This document shows positions 39,572 through 49,402 of a stretch of DNA of 64,000 nt, one piece after another. The notes under the pieces were generated by a model. That model did not search any database. It had not been told where the DNA came from and saw nothing but the letters and a program-made list of their open reading frames with translations. How positions within the stretch are numbered: position 1 is the stretch's first letter; every line of letters begins with the position of its first letter. Source of the DNA: an uncultured Acidimicrobiia bacterium. GTDB taxonomy: Bacteria > Actinomycetota > Acidimicrobiia > Spongiisociales > ZC4RG35. The position numbers and the translations under genes were made by a program. Location of the stretch: contig CAWBOD010000012.1 in assembly GCA_963790345.1 (NCBI GenBank), forward strand, positions 10,118 through 74,117, written 5' to 3'.

Positions 39572-41009
39572 CTGACGACCGACCTCAAGCTATTCATCGC
39601 CGGGGACTGGACCGAAGGCAGCGGCAACGGGCATTACGAGCTGCGGTCCCCCGGAACCGGAGAGCATCTGGCCAACGTTCCGCTGGCATCGACCTACGAC
39701 ATCGACCGGGCGGTCGCCGGCGCTCGCGCCGCCACCGAGGAGATGAGGCATTGGTCGGCCTTCGAACGGGCCGAATTGTGTCTCCGCGCTTATGAGATCT
39801 GGCAAGGTCGGGTCGAGGACATCGCCCGTATCCTCACCAAGGAGCAGGGCAAGCCGTTCAAAGCGGAGGCGATCGAAGACATCGCCGAGTCGGGCGAGTA
39901 CCTACATATCGCCGCCGAAGACGCCAAGCGAATGAAGGGGGAACTGATCCCCACCACCGAGCGCAACCGCCGGATGTTCACGGTGAGGCGACCGGTCGGG
40001 ATTTGGGCTGCCATCACGCCCTGGAACTTCCCGGTCATGATCCCGATGGAAACGGTCGGCCCGGGTCTGGCTACGGGCAATGCGGTGATCGTGAAGCCCC
40101 CTCTCAACACTTGCTGGGCGATGCTCGAGGCCGCCCGGGCCATCGAGGAAGCCGGCTTCCCGAAAGGCGCGTTGTCGGTGATCCCGGGCGACCGCGAGGT
40201 TGGCGAGCACCTGGTGACCCATCCGGGGATCGATGGGATCAGCTTCACCGGATCATCAGAGACCGGCAAACGGATCGTCGCGGCGATGGGGCTCAAACGA
40301 ACGATCATGGAAATGTCGGGCAATGGTCCGCTGATCGTCGCCGGCGATGCCGACGTGGAGGCCGCGGCCACCGCCGCGGTCTATGGCGCGTACTACAACG
40401 CGGGCCAGGTCTGCACAGCCACCGAGCGTGTGATCGTTATCGACGAGCTCCACGACGCGTTTGTCGAGGCCACCCTAAAAGCGGCGCGGCTGGTGCGGCT
40501 TGGCGACCCGTTTGCCGACGACACCACCATGGGCCCGCTCAACAACGAGCCCACCGCCGCCAAGATGGATCGCCACATCGAGGATGCCGTCGAGCGCGGG
40601 GCCGAAGTCCTTCTGGGCGGAGGCCGGGCGAGTGGATACCCGACCGATCTGTACTACGAGCTGACCGTGATCGATCGGGTCTCCGAAGAGGCCGCGGTTT
40701 CACGGGAGGAGTCGTTCGGACCGGTGGTGCCGATTCTGACCGCGGCCGAACGACGAGGCCGCGGTGGGCATTGCCAATCGGACCCACCTGGGCCTGCAGG
40801 CGGCCGTCTTCACCAACGACCTGAGCAAGGCCTTCTGGTACGCAGACCGGATACGCAGTGGCACGGTCATCGTCAACGACTCGACCGATTTCTGGGAGAC
40901 CTTCCAACCGTTTGGAGGAGCGGCCGGGACCGAGACCGGTTGGGGACGCCAGCGCATCGAAGAGTTCACCGATCTGCAGACGGTGGTGTTCAATCTCCGC
41001 GAGGCCTAG
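39572..41009 (+). pseudogene. NAD(P)-dependent aldehyde dehydrogenase, one apparent frameshift ~40745; start codon uncertain (CTG 6 nt after GGAGGA)
   Basis: TTDLKLFIAGDWTEGSG..., PVGIWAAITPWNFPV, FTGSSETGKRI, EMSGNGP and YNAGQVCTATERV are present. The next frame (ORF 40764..41009) gives GIANRTHLGLQAAVFTNDL...IVNDSTDFWETFQPFGG. Confidence 0.85.
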
Positions 41010-41011
41010 TC

Positions 41012-41561
41012 GTGGAGATCATCGACCTGGCCGACCGCCGGGACCTGGTCGATCAGGTAGGCCTGATGTTGTGGGAGGGATTTCGAGTGCGTTGGCCGGG
41101 GGCATGGCCCGATCTCGCCTCCGCGGCCGCCGAGGTGGAGGAGTCGCTGGGCGAGGGTCGCATGAGCCTCGTGGCGGTCAGTGCTGAGGAACCGGTCGGC
41201 TGGGTTGGCGCCATCCCGACCTACGACCATGCCTGGGAGTTGCACCCGCTGGTGGTCGCCGTCGGCTCGGCAGGGAGAGGGCATCGGACCGGGCATTGGT
41301 CGAGGAGCTTCATGGCTCGAATTGCCAGCTCGGGTGGCGGGACGATCTATCTCGGGACCGACGATCAGGACGGGTCGACGTCAGTCTCAGGAATCGATCT
41401 CTACCCGGACCCGCTCCTGCATCTTGCGAAGCTCGAAGGTGATCATCCCTTCCAGTTCTATCGGAAACTGGGATACGTCCTGGTCGGGATCATCCCCGAT
41501 GCCAATGGCCCCGGGTCAGCCGGACATCCTCATGGCCAAGCGGATTGGCAAGGCTCCGTAG
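41012..41561 (+). pseudogene. GNAT family acetyltransferase (AAC(6')-like C-terminus), at least 3 frame changes (41260-41320, ~41515)
   Basis: VEIIDLADRRDLVDQVGLMLWEGF...VAVSAEEPVGWVGAIPTYDHAWELHPLVV. The fragments RQGEGIG, ALVEEL and ARIASSGGGTIYLGTDDQDG lie in different frames. The tail is [34 protein letters not shown]. Confidence 0.7.
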
Positions 41562-41593
41562 CCAGGGCAAGCGATCAGTTAGCGTCTACCGGG

Positions 41594-42612
41594 ATGGCGG
41601 AAGACCCCGTCCATGTCCCTTACGAGAAACGTGCTGCGGAGATCCCCTTCGCATCGTCCGAATACGTCTCGTTCGCATCGCGCCAATCGTTTCTGGGGGT
41701 GCCCGCCCGCCGCCTCGACGATCTCGGGGACGGCGAGGTGGTCATTCTCGGCGCTCCGTTTGATTGGGGCACCACTTTCCGACCGGGAGCCCGATTTGGA
41801 CCGGCGGCCATCCGGGAGGCCGATTACGGAGCGATGGACGGCTACCGCCCGCACCTGCCTACCGGCATCGACGCCGCTGGGCGCCCTCGGCGTGGTCGAC
41901 ATCGGAGATGTGTACGTGGTGCCGGGACAGGTTGAGTTGTCTCTCGATCGAATAACCGACACGGTCGAACGAGTCACCAGGGCCGGGAAGATCCCGATCG
42001 TCCTCGGTGGGGATCACACGATCACGTTCGCCAATGCCACCGGAGTAGCCCGGGTCCACGGGTTCGGCGAAGTGGCGCTGGTCCACTTCGATGCCCACGC
42101 CGACACCGGGGAGATGCAGAACGGTCAGTTATATGGACACGGCACCCCGATGCGCCGCCTGGTCGAGTCGGGGGCGGTCCCGGGCCACCGGTTCGTCCAG
42201 ATCGGCCTCCGTGGGTATTGGCCGGAGCCTCACGTGATGGCGTGGATGCGTGAGCAACGGATGCGGTCGTATCTGATGAACGAGATCGAGGATCGGGGCC
42301 TGAAGACGGTGGTCGACGAAGCCGTCACCTATTCCCTCGAGGGGGGCGCCAAAGGGTGTGTTCTTGTCGGTCGACATCGACGTCGTCGACCCCGGCTTTG
42401 CTCCTGGGACCGGGACTCCCGAGCCCGGCGGCTTGACCTCACGCCAGCTGCTCGACACCGTGCGGCGGTTGAGCAAGGAGCTCAACATCGTCGGTGCCGA
42501 CGTCGTCGAGGTGTCCCCGCCCTACGACTCGGCCGAGGTCACGTCTTATCTCGCCAACCGAGTGGTCCTCGAGATCCTCAACGGCCTGGCCGAACGCAAA
42601 GCCGGCGTCTAA
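41594..42612 (+). pseudogene. speB: Agmatinase/ureohydrolase family protein, 2 apparent frameshifts (~41875, ~42355)
   Basis: FLGVPARRLDDLGDGEVVILGAPFDWGTTFRPGARFGPAAIREA, then IVLGGDHTITF...LVHFDAHADTG...GHGTPMRR, then VFLSVDIDVVDPGFAPGTGTPEPGGLTSRQL...GADVVEVSPPYD. These include the Mn-binding DAHxD and DxDxxDP motifs. Confidence 0.85.
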
Positions 42613-42622
42613 ACCCCCGTCC

Positions 42623-42680
42623 CCCCGTTTTGGCGCGAAAAACCCGCACCCTGGTGCGGGTTTTTCGCGCCAGAACGGGG
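42623..42680. repeat. 58-nt near-perfect palindromic element, copy 1 (also a likely terminator of the agmatinase gene)
   Basis: CCCCGTTTTGGCGCGAAAAACCCGCAC-cctg-GTGCGGGTTTTTCGCGCCAGAACGGGG has 27-nt arms with one mismatch. It starts 11 nt after the TAA at 42610-42612. Confidence 0.8.
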
Positions 42681-42700
42681 ATCTTCCCTTCGGCCTGGAG

Positions 42701-43642
42701 GTGCGGCACCCTCGCAGAGTGGGCATCGACGAAGTCATCGACGAACTGGCTTCCCGGCAGCATGGAGTGGTCAACCGAAAGCAGCTGGCCGAGGTCGATC
42801 TGAGTGAGAGCGCCATACGGCACCGAGTGTCGGAAGGCACCCTCATCCCAATGTCTCCCGCCGTCCTCCGATTACGCGGCAGCACGAGAACCGAAATGCA
42901 GCGGGCCTCCGCCGGCATCTTGGATGCCCCCGGAACGGCCTATCTGTCCCATAGGTCGGCTTCGGCCTTCTGGCGGTTGCCCGGTTTCTCGATTTCTCCG
43001 CCGATTCAGGTCGTCATTCCATGGCATGGGACCAAGGAAAGGACTCGGCTCGCCACCGTCCACTACCACCGCGGCCTGCCTCCCGATCATCTCTTGGAAA
43101 CCGGTGGCATCAAGGTGGTCTCCCCCGCTTTGGCGATCTTCCTCCTGGCCGGCACCGAACATCCAGGGCGGACTGAACGGGCGCTCGACAACGGTCTGGC
43201 CATGAGGTTGTTCAGCAACAACAGCATGCACCTCCTGTTGGGTCAGCTGGCCGCTCGCGGAAGAAACGGCATTCGCCTGATGCGGGCCCTAATGGCCGAA
43301 CGACCTCCAGGCTACGTGCCACCACAGAGCGGACTCGAGGCGCGGGTTGAGCGGCTTGCCCGCGAGGTCGGAGTCGAACTCAGGCGACAGGTTGACGTTG
43401 GCGGACAGGAGTGGATTGGGCGCGTCGACTTCGAGGTAGTCGGGACGGCAGATGTCATCGAAGTCCTCTCCGAGCGCTTCCACTCGGCCTTCCTCGATCG
43501 CCAGGCAGACACCAAGAGATTCGAGCTCCTGGAGAGGTCCGGGCGAAGGGTCTTGACCCTGTGGGACGCTGACGTCTGGGGCAATGCCGAGGTCGTTCGT
43601 CAGCAGATCTCCTCGTTTTGGCGCGAAGAACCCGCGCCATAG
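42701..43642 (+). CDS. AbiEi-like N-terminal HTH + DUF559 (Vsr/PD-(D/E)xK-like endonuclease fold) protein
   Basis: The in-frame part of ORF 42494..43642 starts at GTG 42701 or 42719. It reads IDELASRQHGVVNRKQLAEVDLSESAIRHRVSEGTLIPMSPAVLRL...YLSHRSASAFW...PPQSGLEARVERLAREVGVELRRQVDVGG...GRVDFEV...EVLSERFHSAFLDRQADTKRFELLERSGRRVLTLWDADV. This is a typical multi-copy actinobacterial DUF559 family member. The last 11 codons are encoded by the left arm of palindrome copy 2. Confidence 0.65.
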   Translation: MRHPRRVGIDEVIDELASRQHGVVNRKQLAEVDLSESAIRHRVSEGTLIPMSPAVLRLRGSTRTEMQRASAGILDAPGTAYLSHRSASAFWRLPGFSISPPIQVVIPWHGTKERTRLATVHYHRGLPPDHLLETGGIKVVSPALAIFLLAGTEHPGRTERALDNGLAMRLFSNNSMHLLLGQLAARGRNGIRLMRALMAERPPGYVPPQSGLEARVERLAREVGVELRRQVDVGGQEWIGRVDFEVVGTADVIEVLSERFHSAFLDRQADTKRFELLERSGRRVLTLWDADVWGNAEVVRQQISSFWREEPAP

Positions 43643-43670
43643 CGTGGGTTTTTCGCGCCAAAACGAGGAG
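43609..43670. repeat. 62-nt palindromic element, copy 2
   Basis: CTCCTCGTTTTGGCGCGAAGAACCCGCGC-cata-GCGTGGGTTTTTCGCGCCAAAACGAGGAG has 29-nt arms with two mismatches. Its core GTTTTGGCGCGAA[A/G]AACCCGC...GGGTTTTTCGCGCCA[G/A]AAC is shared with copy 1. Confidence 0.8.
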
Positions 43671-43769
43671 ACGCGCAGGGCGGGAGCCGGGGACGGGGGA
43701 ACCGGTGGGGCGGCGGGTCCGTCCAAGGGGCGTAGGCGGCGGACGCCGCCTCCCGAACCGGAGGAGATC

Positions 43770-44714
43770 GTGAAAAAGCGCATCGTGGCCTTCTTGTCCG
43801 TGCTGGTGGTGCTCGGTGCCTGCAGCGCCACCACAGCAGATGAGTTCCAAACCATCTCAGGCAACCTTGGGGGAAGCGAAGCAGCAACCACAACGACCGC
43901 CGCGTCCGCAACGACCATCCCCGGCGAGAGGCGACTTCGCCGCCGAAGAGCGCGGCGTGGTCGGCACACCGGCGGTGAGCGATCGCAAGGTCATCTACGA
44001 CGGACAGATGCAACTGGAGGCCGCCGACACCCGCGCTGCCTTCGATCGCATCGTCGCACTGGTGCAGGGCTCGGGCGGATTCGTGGCCGCCACCAGCATC
44101 GGCGACACCTACGAACGAGATGAGCAGCCGACCATTTCGGTCACGCTTGCGGCTGCCGGCCGACAAGCTGACCGCCACCCTCAGCCAGATCAGAGCCGTG
44201 GCCGACCGAGTCGTAACCGAATCGCTCCAGAGCCAGGACGTCACCGACGAGTTCGTCGACATCGAGGCTCAACTTCGCAACCTCAAGGCCTTGGAGACCG
44301 AACTCCTCGCCCTCCTGGCCGAGTTGCGGGACAACAACAACGCCGATCCCTCCAAATTGCTCCAGGTGTTCGACCAGATCAGAGCCACCCGCGGAGAGAT
44401 CGAGCAGCTCGAGGGCCGTCGGCAGATGCTCGAGAACCTGGTGTCACTGGCGACGCTGCAGATCGGGATCTCTCCCCTGCCGGCCGCGGCGCCGATCGTT
44501 CCCAACGACCCAGCCTGGGAACCGGCTGCACAAGCCAAGGCCGCCTTGCGGGACCTGGTCGAGGCGTTGCAGGGACTAGGAGATGGCTTGATCCGGGTCG
44601 GCCTCTACGTCCTGCCGATTCTCGTCGATCGCGGTGGGCCCGCTGTTCCTCATCTCATGGTTCGTTTGGAAGCGACTCAAGCGGCGCAATCTCCAAACCC
44701 CCGCCTCGATTTGA
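43770..44714 (+). pseudogene. DUF4349 domain lipoprotein with C-terminal TM anchor, 3 apparent frameshifts (~43925, ~44145, ~44625)
   Basis: VKKRIVAFLSVLVVLGACS is the lipobox. The following frames give RKVIYDGQMQLEAADTRAAFDRIVALVQGSGGFVAATS, then PADKLTATLSQIRAVADRVVTESLQSQDVTDEFVDIEAQLRNLKALETELLALL, then the tail AVGPLFLISWFVWKRLKRRNLQTPASI*. Confidence 0.7.
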
Positions 44715-44734
44715 ACCGCGGCGGGCTCAACGGT

Positions 44735-45399
44735 TCAGACTGGTTCGAAGTCCGGGTTGTCCCACACGATCAGAGCGGAGTCGCCGTTGGTTTCTTCGTC
44801 CCGTATGTAATTGAAAAGGATGGTCACGACTCGGAACCCGTTCTCCATCTGAAAGCTGATGGTCGGAGTCGTATAGCTCGCCATCGGCCACCTTCTTCAG
44901 ATACGCCGCAGAGTCCATCTCATGCCGGTGAGCGGCGTATCCGGGCATGTGGCCGCCGGCGATGATCCCTCGTTTGTTGTGTTTGCGAACCAGGTCCTTA
45001 CGAACCTCGTACAACCGCCTTCCTATCCCCCGCCGCCGATACGTCGGGATCGACCGCCATGTCAGTCCCGTAGTACCACGCCCCCGCCGGATTGTGATTG
45101 CCGCATTGGTGTTCGCCGGTGATTTCGGCGATGGTGTGCTGGGGATGATCGAAGTCGAAGTCGAGGAAGATCCCCGCCCCCTGGCCGGCCACCCGGTCCC
45201 CATCCAGAACCACGAAGAATCCCTCCGGGAAAACCCCCGAGTAGACCCTGATGTCCTCCTCGTTGAGCAGGTCTTCCGGGTTGGCATGGGGAAAGGCTGC
45301 AGCCTCCAGAGCGGCGCACCGCCCGGCGAGGTCGGCGGTCAGGTTGACTATCCGGAACTGATCCGGTCCCCCTTCGTGAGCCACAACGGGATCGCTCAT
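44735..45399 (-). pseudogene. GNAT family N-acetyltransferase, 2 apparent frameshifts (~45070, ~44870)
   Basis: MSDPVVAHEGGPDQFRIVNLT..., then YGTDMAVDPTYRRRGIGRRLYEVRKDLVRKHNKRGIIAGGHMPGY, then the tail PTISFQMENGFRVVTILFNYIRDEETNGDSALIVWDNPDFEPV*. Confidence 0.7.
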
Positions 45400-46488
45400 A
45401 CCCGGAACGCTTCGAAGTCGTTGTCGGCGGGGATGCCCCAGCACGCCCAGAAATCTCCGGTGTTCGGCCGCATGATCGCCGCCCCGGCCGATTCGTTGTG
45501 ATGGGGCGGGGTCGATCGCCGACAGATCACCTCGGGTTCACGGGTCAACTCGATCAGGTGCTCCGTGGTCAGGGCCTCCCCGCTGGCCACCCGCTTGGCC
45601 AGCAGGTCTGACGCCGTCGCCAGCCGGTCCACGGAGGACCGCATTAGATCCGCTGGGCGAGGCGCTTCCAGCTGTTGGGCTTCGGGGTCGAGGCAATGGT
45701 TGGTGTGAACCAGCGGCTCTCGATCCAGGCGAGTGACCGCCCGGTATCCGGGCATCGCCTCGATGTTGTACCCGGTCCCATCGCCGTCGAAGAGAAGGTA
45801 GTTGTGCCCCCCGGCCAGTTCCGCCTCAAGGACCACCAGTAGCGCGTCCTCGATTGAGGTCTGGGCCAAAGCTTTGCGAACCACGAAGGGCCAGGTGACC
45901 CCGACCCGCCCGTTGGAGGCGGTCAGATTGTTGATCCCGATCGCGATCCCGGCCTCATTCATTCCGATCTGGCCAAGGCAACCAACAGTGGTGAACACCA
46001 ACGCCGCCGGACCCGAATCGGGCATGACTCTCACCAGGGTGACGTGCTCGGTGGCCGAGTCGTGCATGTCCCAGGTCTGAGCGAGGAAGCCGGCTCCCCC
46101 CGCCAAATCATCGGGGACGATGACCGCCGTGCAATCGTCCTCCTCGGCCAAACCGGTGAGCCCTCCGGCTCGGAGCACATCGACGAAGTCCGTGAAGCCC
46201 CCGACGACCACGGCCTCGGCAGTACTGATGCCGGCGGCGATTGCCATCGCCTCCATCTCCTCGAACAAATCCGAGTCGAAGGATCGATGGGCAGGCAACA
46301 TCCGATCCGCCAGGGCAACTACATCTTCGACGGTAGCGGGACGGCCTGACCAGCTCCCGTTGGCCGAAAGTTTCACCCGCTCGTCGGTATACCGGCGGAT
46401 CTCGTTATGGAACGCGGCGCCGTGGACGCTGCCGCGGTGACCCGCGTCGCCCTCCGACTACCAATTCCCGGATCGGCCGACCCTTCAA
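45396..46488 (-). pseudogene. Peptidase C45 / acyl-CoA:6-APA acyltransferase family protein, one apparent frameshift ~46445
   Basis: The TTG at 46488 overlaps the gabD stop (TTGA) and gives KGRPIRELVVGG. The next frame gives DAGHRGSVHGAAFHNEIRRYTDERV, which joins ORF 45396..46376 (...DDCTAVIV...AQTWDMH...GLNEAG-like GMNEAGIAIGINNL...GGHNYLLFD...HTNHC). Confidence 0.75.
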
Positions 46489-47924
46489 ATAACACCGCCG
46501 AAGTGACGGGTCTTGGGCTCGAGGTATTCGAAGACGCCCTCGGGTCCCGACTCCCGGCCGAGCCCCGACTGCTTCATGCCTCCGAAGGGCGCCTCGGGCA
46601 GGGCCACAGACCACTCATTGATTCCCACCATCCCGTAGTCGAGCCGTTCGGACACTCGCAGGGCGGTGTTGATGTTGGAGGTGTGGATGTAGGCAGCGAG
46701 CCCGTACTCCGTTGAGTTCGCCATCTCGATCACATCGTCGATCGTGGAGAATTCGATCAACGGCATGACCGGCCCGAAGACCTCTTCCTCATGGAGGGGA
46801 CTTCCCGGTTTCACGTCGGTAACGACGGTCGGTTGGTAGAAATAGCCGCGTCGCTCGGGACGCTGACCGCCGGTACGGACTCGTCCGCCCTGGTCGACCG
46901 TCTCCTGGACGATTCGTTCGACCCGATCGCGCTGGGTGGCGTTGATCAGGGGCCCGACCGTCGTGGCCGGGTCGCTGCCATCCCCCACTACCTGGCGGTC
47001 GGCAGTGGACACCGCGACATCGGCGAACTCCGCCGACACCTCCTCGTGGACGTAAAAGCGCTGTGGGGCCACGCACACCTGCCCGGCGTTGCGAACCTTG
47101 GCCGTGACGCCCTCGGCCGCCACCGTTGCCAGGTCCAAGGCATCGGGAAAAACAATGACAGGGGCGTTACCGCCCAATTCCAGGGACAGCCGCGTCACGG
47201 TGCGGGAGGCACCGTCCATCAGAAGCTTTCCCACCCGGGTCGAACCGGTGAAGCTGACCTTGCGACAGCGAGGATCGTCGAGGAAGACCTGACCGATGGA
47301 GTGTGGTTCACCGTTGACCAGGTTGGCGACGCCGGCGGGTAGCCCGGCTTCCTCGAGGCACGACATGATCAACATGGCCGACCGCGGCGTGTATTCGCTC
47401 GGCCTGGAGACGATCGTGCATCCGGCGGCCAGCGCCGAACTGATGGCCCGGGTCTGGTTGTAGACCGGGAAGTTCCAGGCGGTGATGATCCCGACTACCC
47501 CAACCGGTCGGTAGGTGACGTCGATCCTCCGGTTGGCCACCCGGGACGGGATCACCCGACCGTAGATTCGCTTGGCCTCCTCGGCCGCCCACAAGAAGTA
47601 GTTGGGGGCGGACAGCCACTCACCCTTCGCCTGGTCGAGAGGCTTGCCCGCTTCGGCGGTGGTGATCTCCGCAAACTCGGCAGCGCGACTCTTCATGAGA
47701 GCGGCCGTGCGTTCCAGAATTGCCGCACGCTGATATGGCGTCGTGTCGCTCCAGCCGGGAAGGGCCTTCGATGCCGCATCGAGAGCAGCAATGGCGTCCG
47801 CTCCATCGCCGAAGGGCAACAGGTCGATGACCTCTTCTGTGGCGGGGTTGACCAATTCCCAACTGCCGTCATTGGCGGCTCCGGTCCACTCCCCGCCGAT
47901 GAATTGTCGAAAGTCCATTTTCAT
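46485..47924 (-). CDS. gabD: NAD(P)-dependent aldehyde dehydrogenase, probable succinate-semialdehyde dehydrogenase
   Basis: The intact gene runs from ATG 47924, which overlaps the gabT stop (ATGA). MKMDFRQFIGGEWTG..., VGIITAWNFPV, FTGSTRVGKLL, ELGGNAP, GQVCVAPQR and EEVFGPV are present. The ALDH family call is secure. The GabD call rests on coupling to gabT. Confidence 0.8.
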   Translation of the reverse strand: MKMDFRQFIGGEWTGAANDGSWELVNPATEEVIDLLPFGDGADAIAALDAASKALPGWSDTTPYQRAAILERTAALMKSRAAEFAEITTAEAGKPLDQAKGEWLSAPNYFLWAAEEAKRIYGRVIPSRVANRRIDVTYRPVGVVGIITAWNFPVYNQTRAISSALAAGCTIVSRPSEYTPRSAMLIMSCLEEAGLPAGVANLVNGEPHSIGQVFLDDPRCRKVSFTGSTRVGKLLMDGASRTVTRLSLELGGNAPVIVFPDALDLATVAAEGVTAKVRNAGQVCVAPQRFYVHEEVSAEFADVAVSTADRQVVGDGSDPATTVGPLINATQRDRVERIVQETVDQGGRVRTGGQRPERRGYFYQPTVVTDVKPGSPLHEEEVFGPVMPLIEFSTIDDVIEMANSTEYGLAAYIHTSNINTALRVSERLDYGMVGINEWSVALPEAPFGGMKQSGLGRESGPEGVFEYLEPKTRHFGGVI

Positions 47925-49294
47925 ACCTCGGCTCGTGTTTCGAAATCTTTGGCCACCTGGTCGACCGACGCCGCCACCACCGCGAGGGCCTCGTCCAACT
48001 GATCGTCGGTGATTCCCAGCGGCGGGAGAAATCGCACGCAGTTCGAATAGAGACCCGCCCTGATCGTGATGACACCCCGTTTCAAGGTCTCCGATGTCAC
48101 CGCAGCAGTGGCTTCCATCCATGGCTGCTTGGTTGCAGGATCCTTGACGAATTCCATCACGAGCATCGATCCGAGGCCGCGAACGTCACCGATCAGGCCG
48201 GGATGAGCCGCCTTGATTCCCTCGAGGGCACTTCGCAGTCGATGACCAAGCGCAGTCGAGCGCTCGAGGAACCCCGGCTCGGTTATCAGGTCGATGGCCT
48301 CGATCGCGGCGACGCAAGCGAGCGGGTTGCCGGAGTAGGTGCCGCCCAGGCCCCCGGGGTGAGGTGCGTCCATCACCTCCGCCGGCCCAACCACGGCCGA
48401 CAAAGGCATCCCGGCCGCCAGTGACTTGGCGGTCGTGATCATGTCGGGGACAACCCCCGAATGATCGATGGCCCAGAGCTTGCCGGTTCTTCCCATCCCG
48501 GATTGGATCTCATCGGACACCAGAAGGATGCCGTGCTCGTCCGCCAATTCGCGCAGGCGCCGGAGCCACGGAAAGGGAGCCGGCACAAAACCACCTTCAC
48601 CCTGCACCGGCTCGACGAAAATCGCGGCGACATGGGAGGGATCGACCTGGGCAACGAAACTCTGGTCGAGAAGGCTGAGATGCCAATCGACGAACGCATC
48701 CTCAGACATACCAAGGGGACGGCGATAGACGTTGGGGAACGGGAATCGGTAGACCTCAGGGGCGAAAGGTCCGAACCCCTTCTTGAAAAGATTGAACTTG
48801 GAGGTCATGGACATGGTCAGATTGGTGCGTCCGTGGAAAGCGCCTTCAAAGACCACGATGCCCTGGCGCTTCTGGTGCGATCGGGCGATGTGGACCGCGG
48901 TCTCCACTGCCTCCGCGCCCGTGCTCATGAGCACGGTCTTCTTTACAAAATCCCCGGGAGCAAGCTGATTGAGTCGCTCGGCCACAATCACGAAGGGCTC
49001 GTAGGTCGAGACGATCGCACACATGTGGATCAGCTTGGCGGCCTGCTCCTGGAGGGCGGCGACGACCCGCTCGGGGGTGTGACCCACCGCCAGCACACCG
49101 ATGCCACCGGCCAGATCGATGAAATGGTTCCCGTCGACATCGACGACGACCGAGCCATGGGCGAAATCGATGCTGATCGGTGTCAGCTTGGCGTTGCCGA
49201 CCGGGGTAGCTGCCTCCCGCCGGGCCAGGATCTCACGACTGGCGGGGCCGGGGATGTCGGAGACGAGGCGAATGCTGGTTGCGGTAGTAGTCAT
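47921..49294 (-). CDS. gabT: 4-aminobutyrate aminotransferase (class III PLP aminotransferase)
   Basis: Intact 457-aa ORF. GIGVLAVGHTPERVV, STGAEAVETAVHIAR, LVSDEIQSGMGRTGKLWA and TTAKSLAAGMPLSA are present. Confidence 0.88.
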   Translation of the reverse strand: MTTTATSIRLVSDIPGPASREILARREAATPVGNAKLTPISIDFAHGSVVVDVDGNHFIDLAGGIGVLAVGHTPERVVAALQEQAAKLIHMCAIVSTYEPFVIVAERLNQLAPGDFVKKTVLMSTGAEAVETAVHIARSHQKRQGIVVFEGAFHGRTNLTMSMTSKFNLFKKGFGPFAPEVYRFPFPNVYRRPLGMSEDAFVDWHLSLLDQSFVAQVDPSHVAAIFVEPVQGEGGFVPAPFPWLRRLRELADEHGILLVSDEIQSGMGRTGKLWAIDHSGVVPDMITTAKSLAAGMPLSAVVGPAEVMDAPHPGGLGGTYSGNPLACVAAIEAIDLITEPGFLERSTALGHRLRSALEGIKAAHPGLIGDVRGLGSMLVMEFVKDPATKQPWMEATAAVTSETLKRGVITIRAGLYSNCVRFLPPLGITDDQLDEALAVVAASVDQVAKDFETRAEV

Positions 49295-49402
49295 TTATCG
49301 TCCCACCCGGGTACACGAGGCAATCGAAACGCTTGTCTTCTGCTAAATCTACGGCAGTATCGCTTGCAGTTTGCGCAACTGTAATACGGAAAAGGCCGAT
49401 AA

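Noticed and set aside
39743-41935. 730-aa ORF suggesting an aldehyde dehydrogenase-GNAT-agmatinase fusion
   Set aside because: The ALDH leaves this frame at ~40745. Its real C-terminus and TAG (41007-41009) are in another frame. The GNAT starts at its own GTG at 41012 and the agmatinase at its own ATG at 41594. The stretches between them in this frame are low-complexity Arg/Gly/Pro nonsense.
42701-43642. Transposase or IS element, considered because the gene is flanked by repeats
   Set aside because: The protein has the AbiEi-like HTH plus DUF559 layout, not DDE, HUH or serine-recombinase motifs. The flanking repeats are each self-complementary hairpins in direct orientation, not terminal inverted repeats of an IS.
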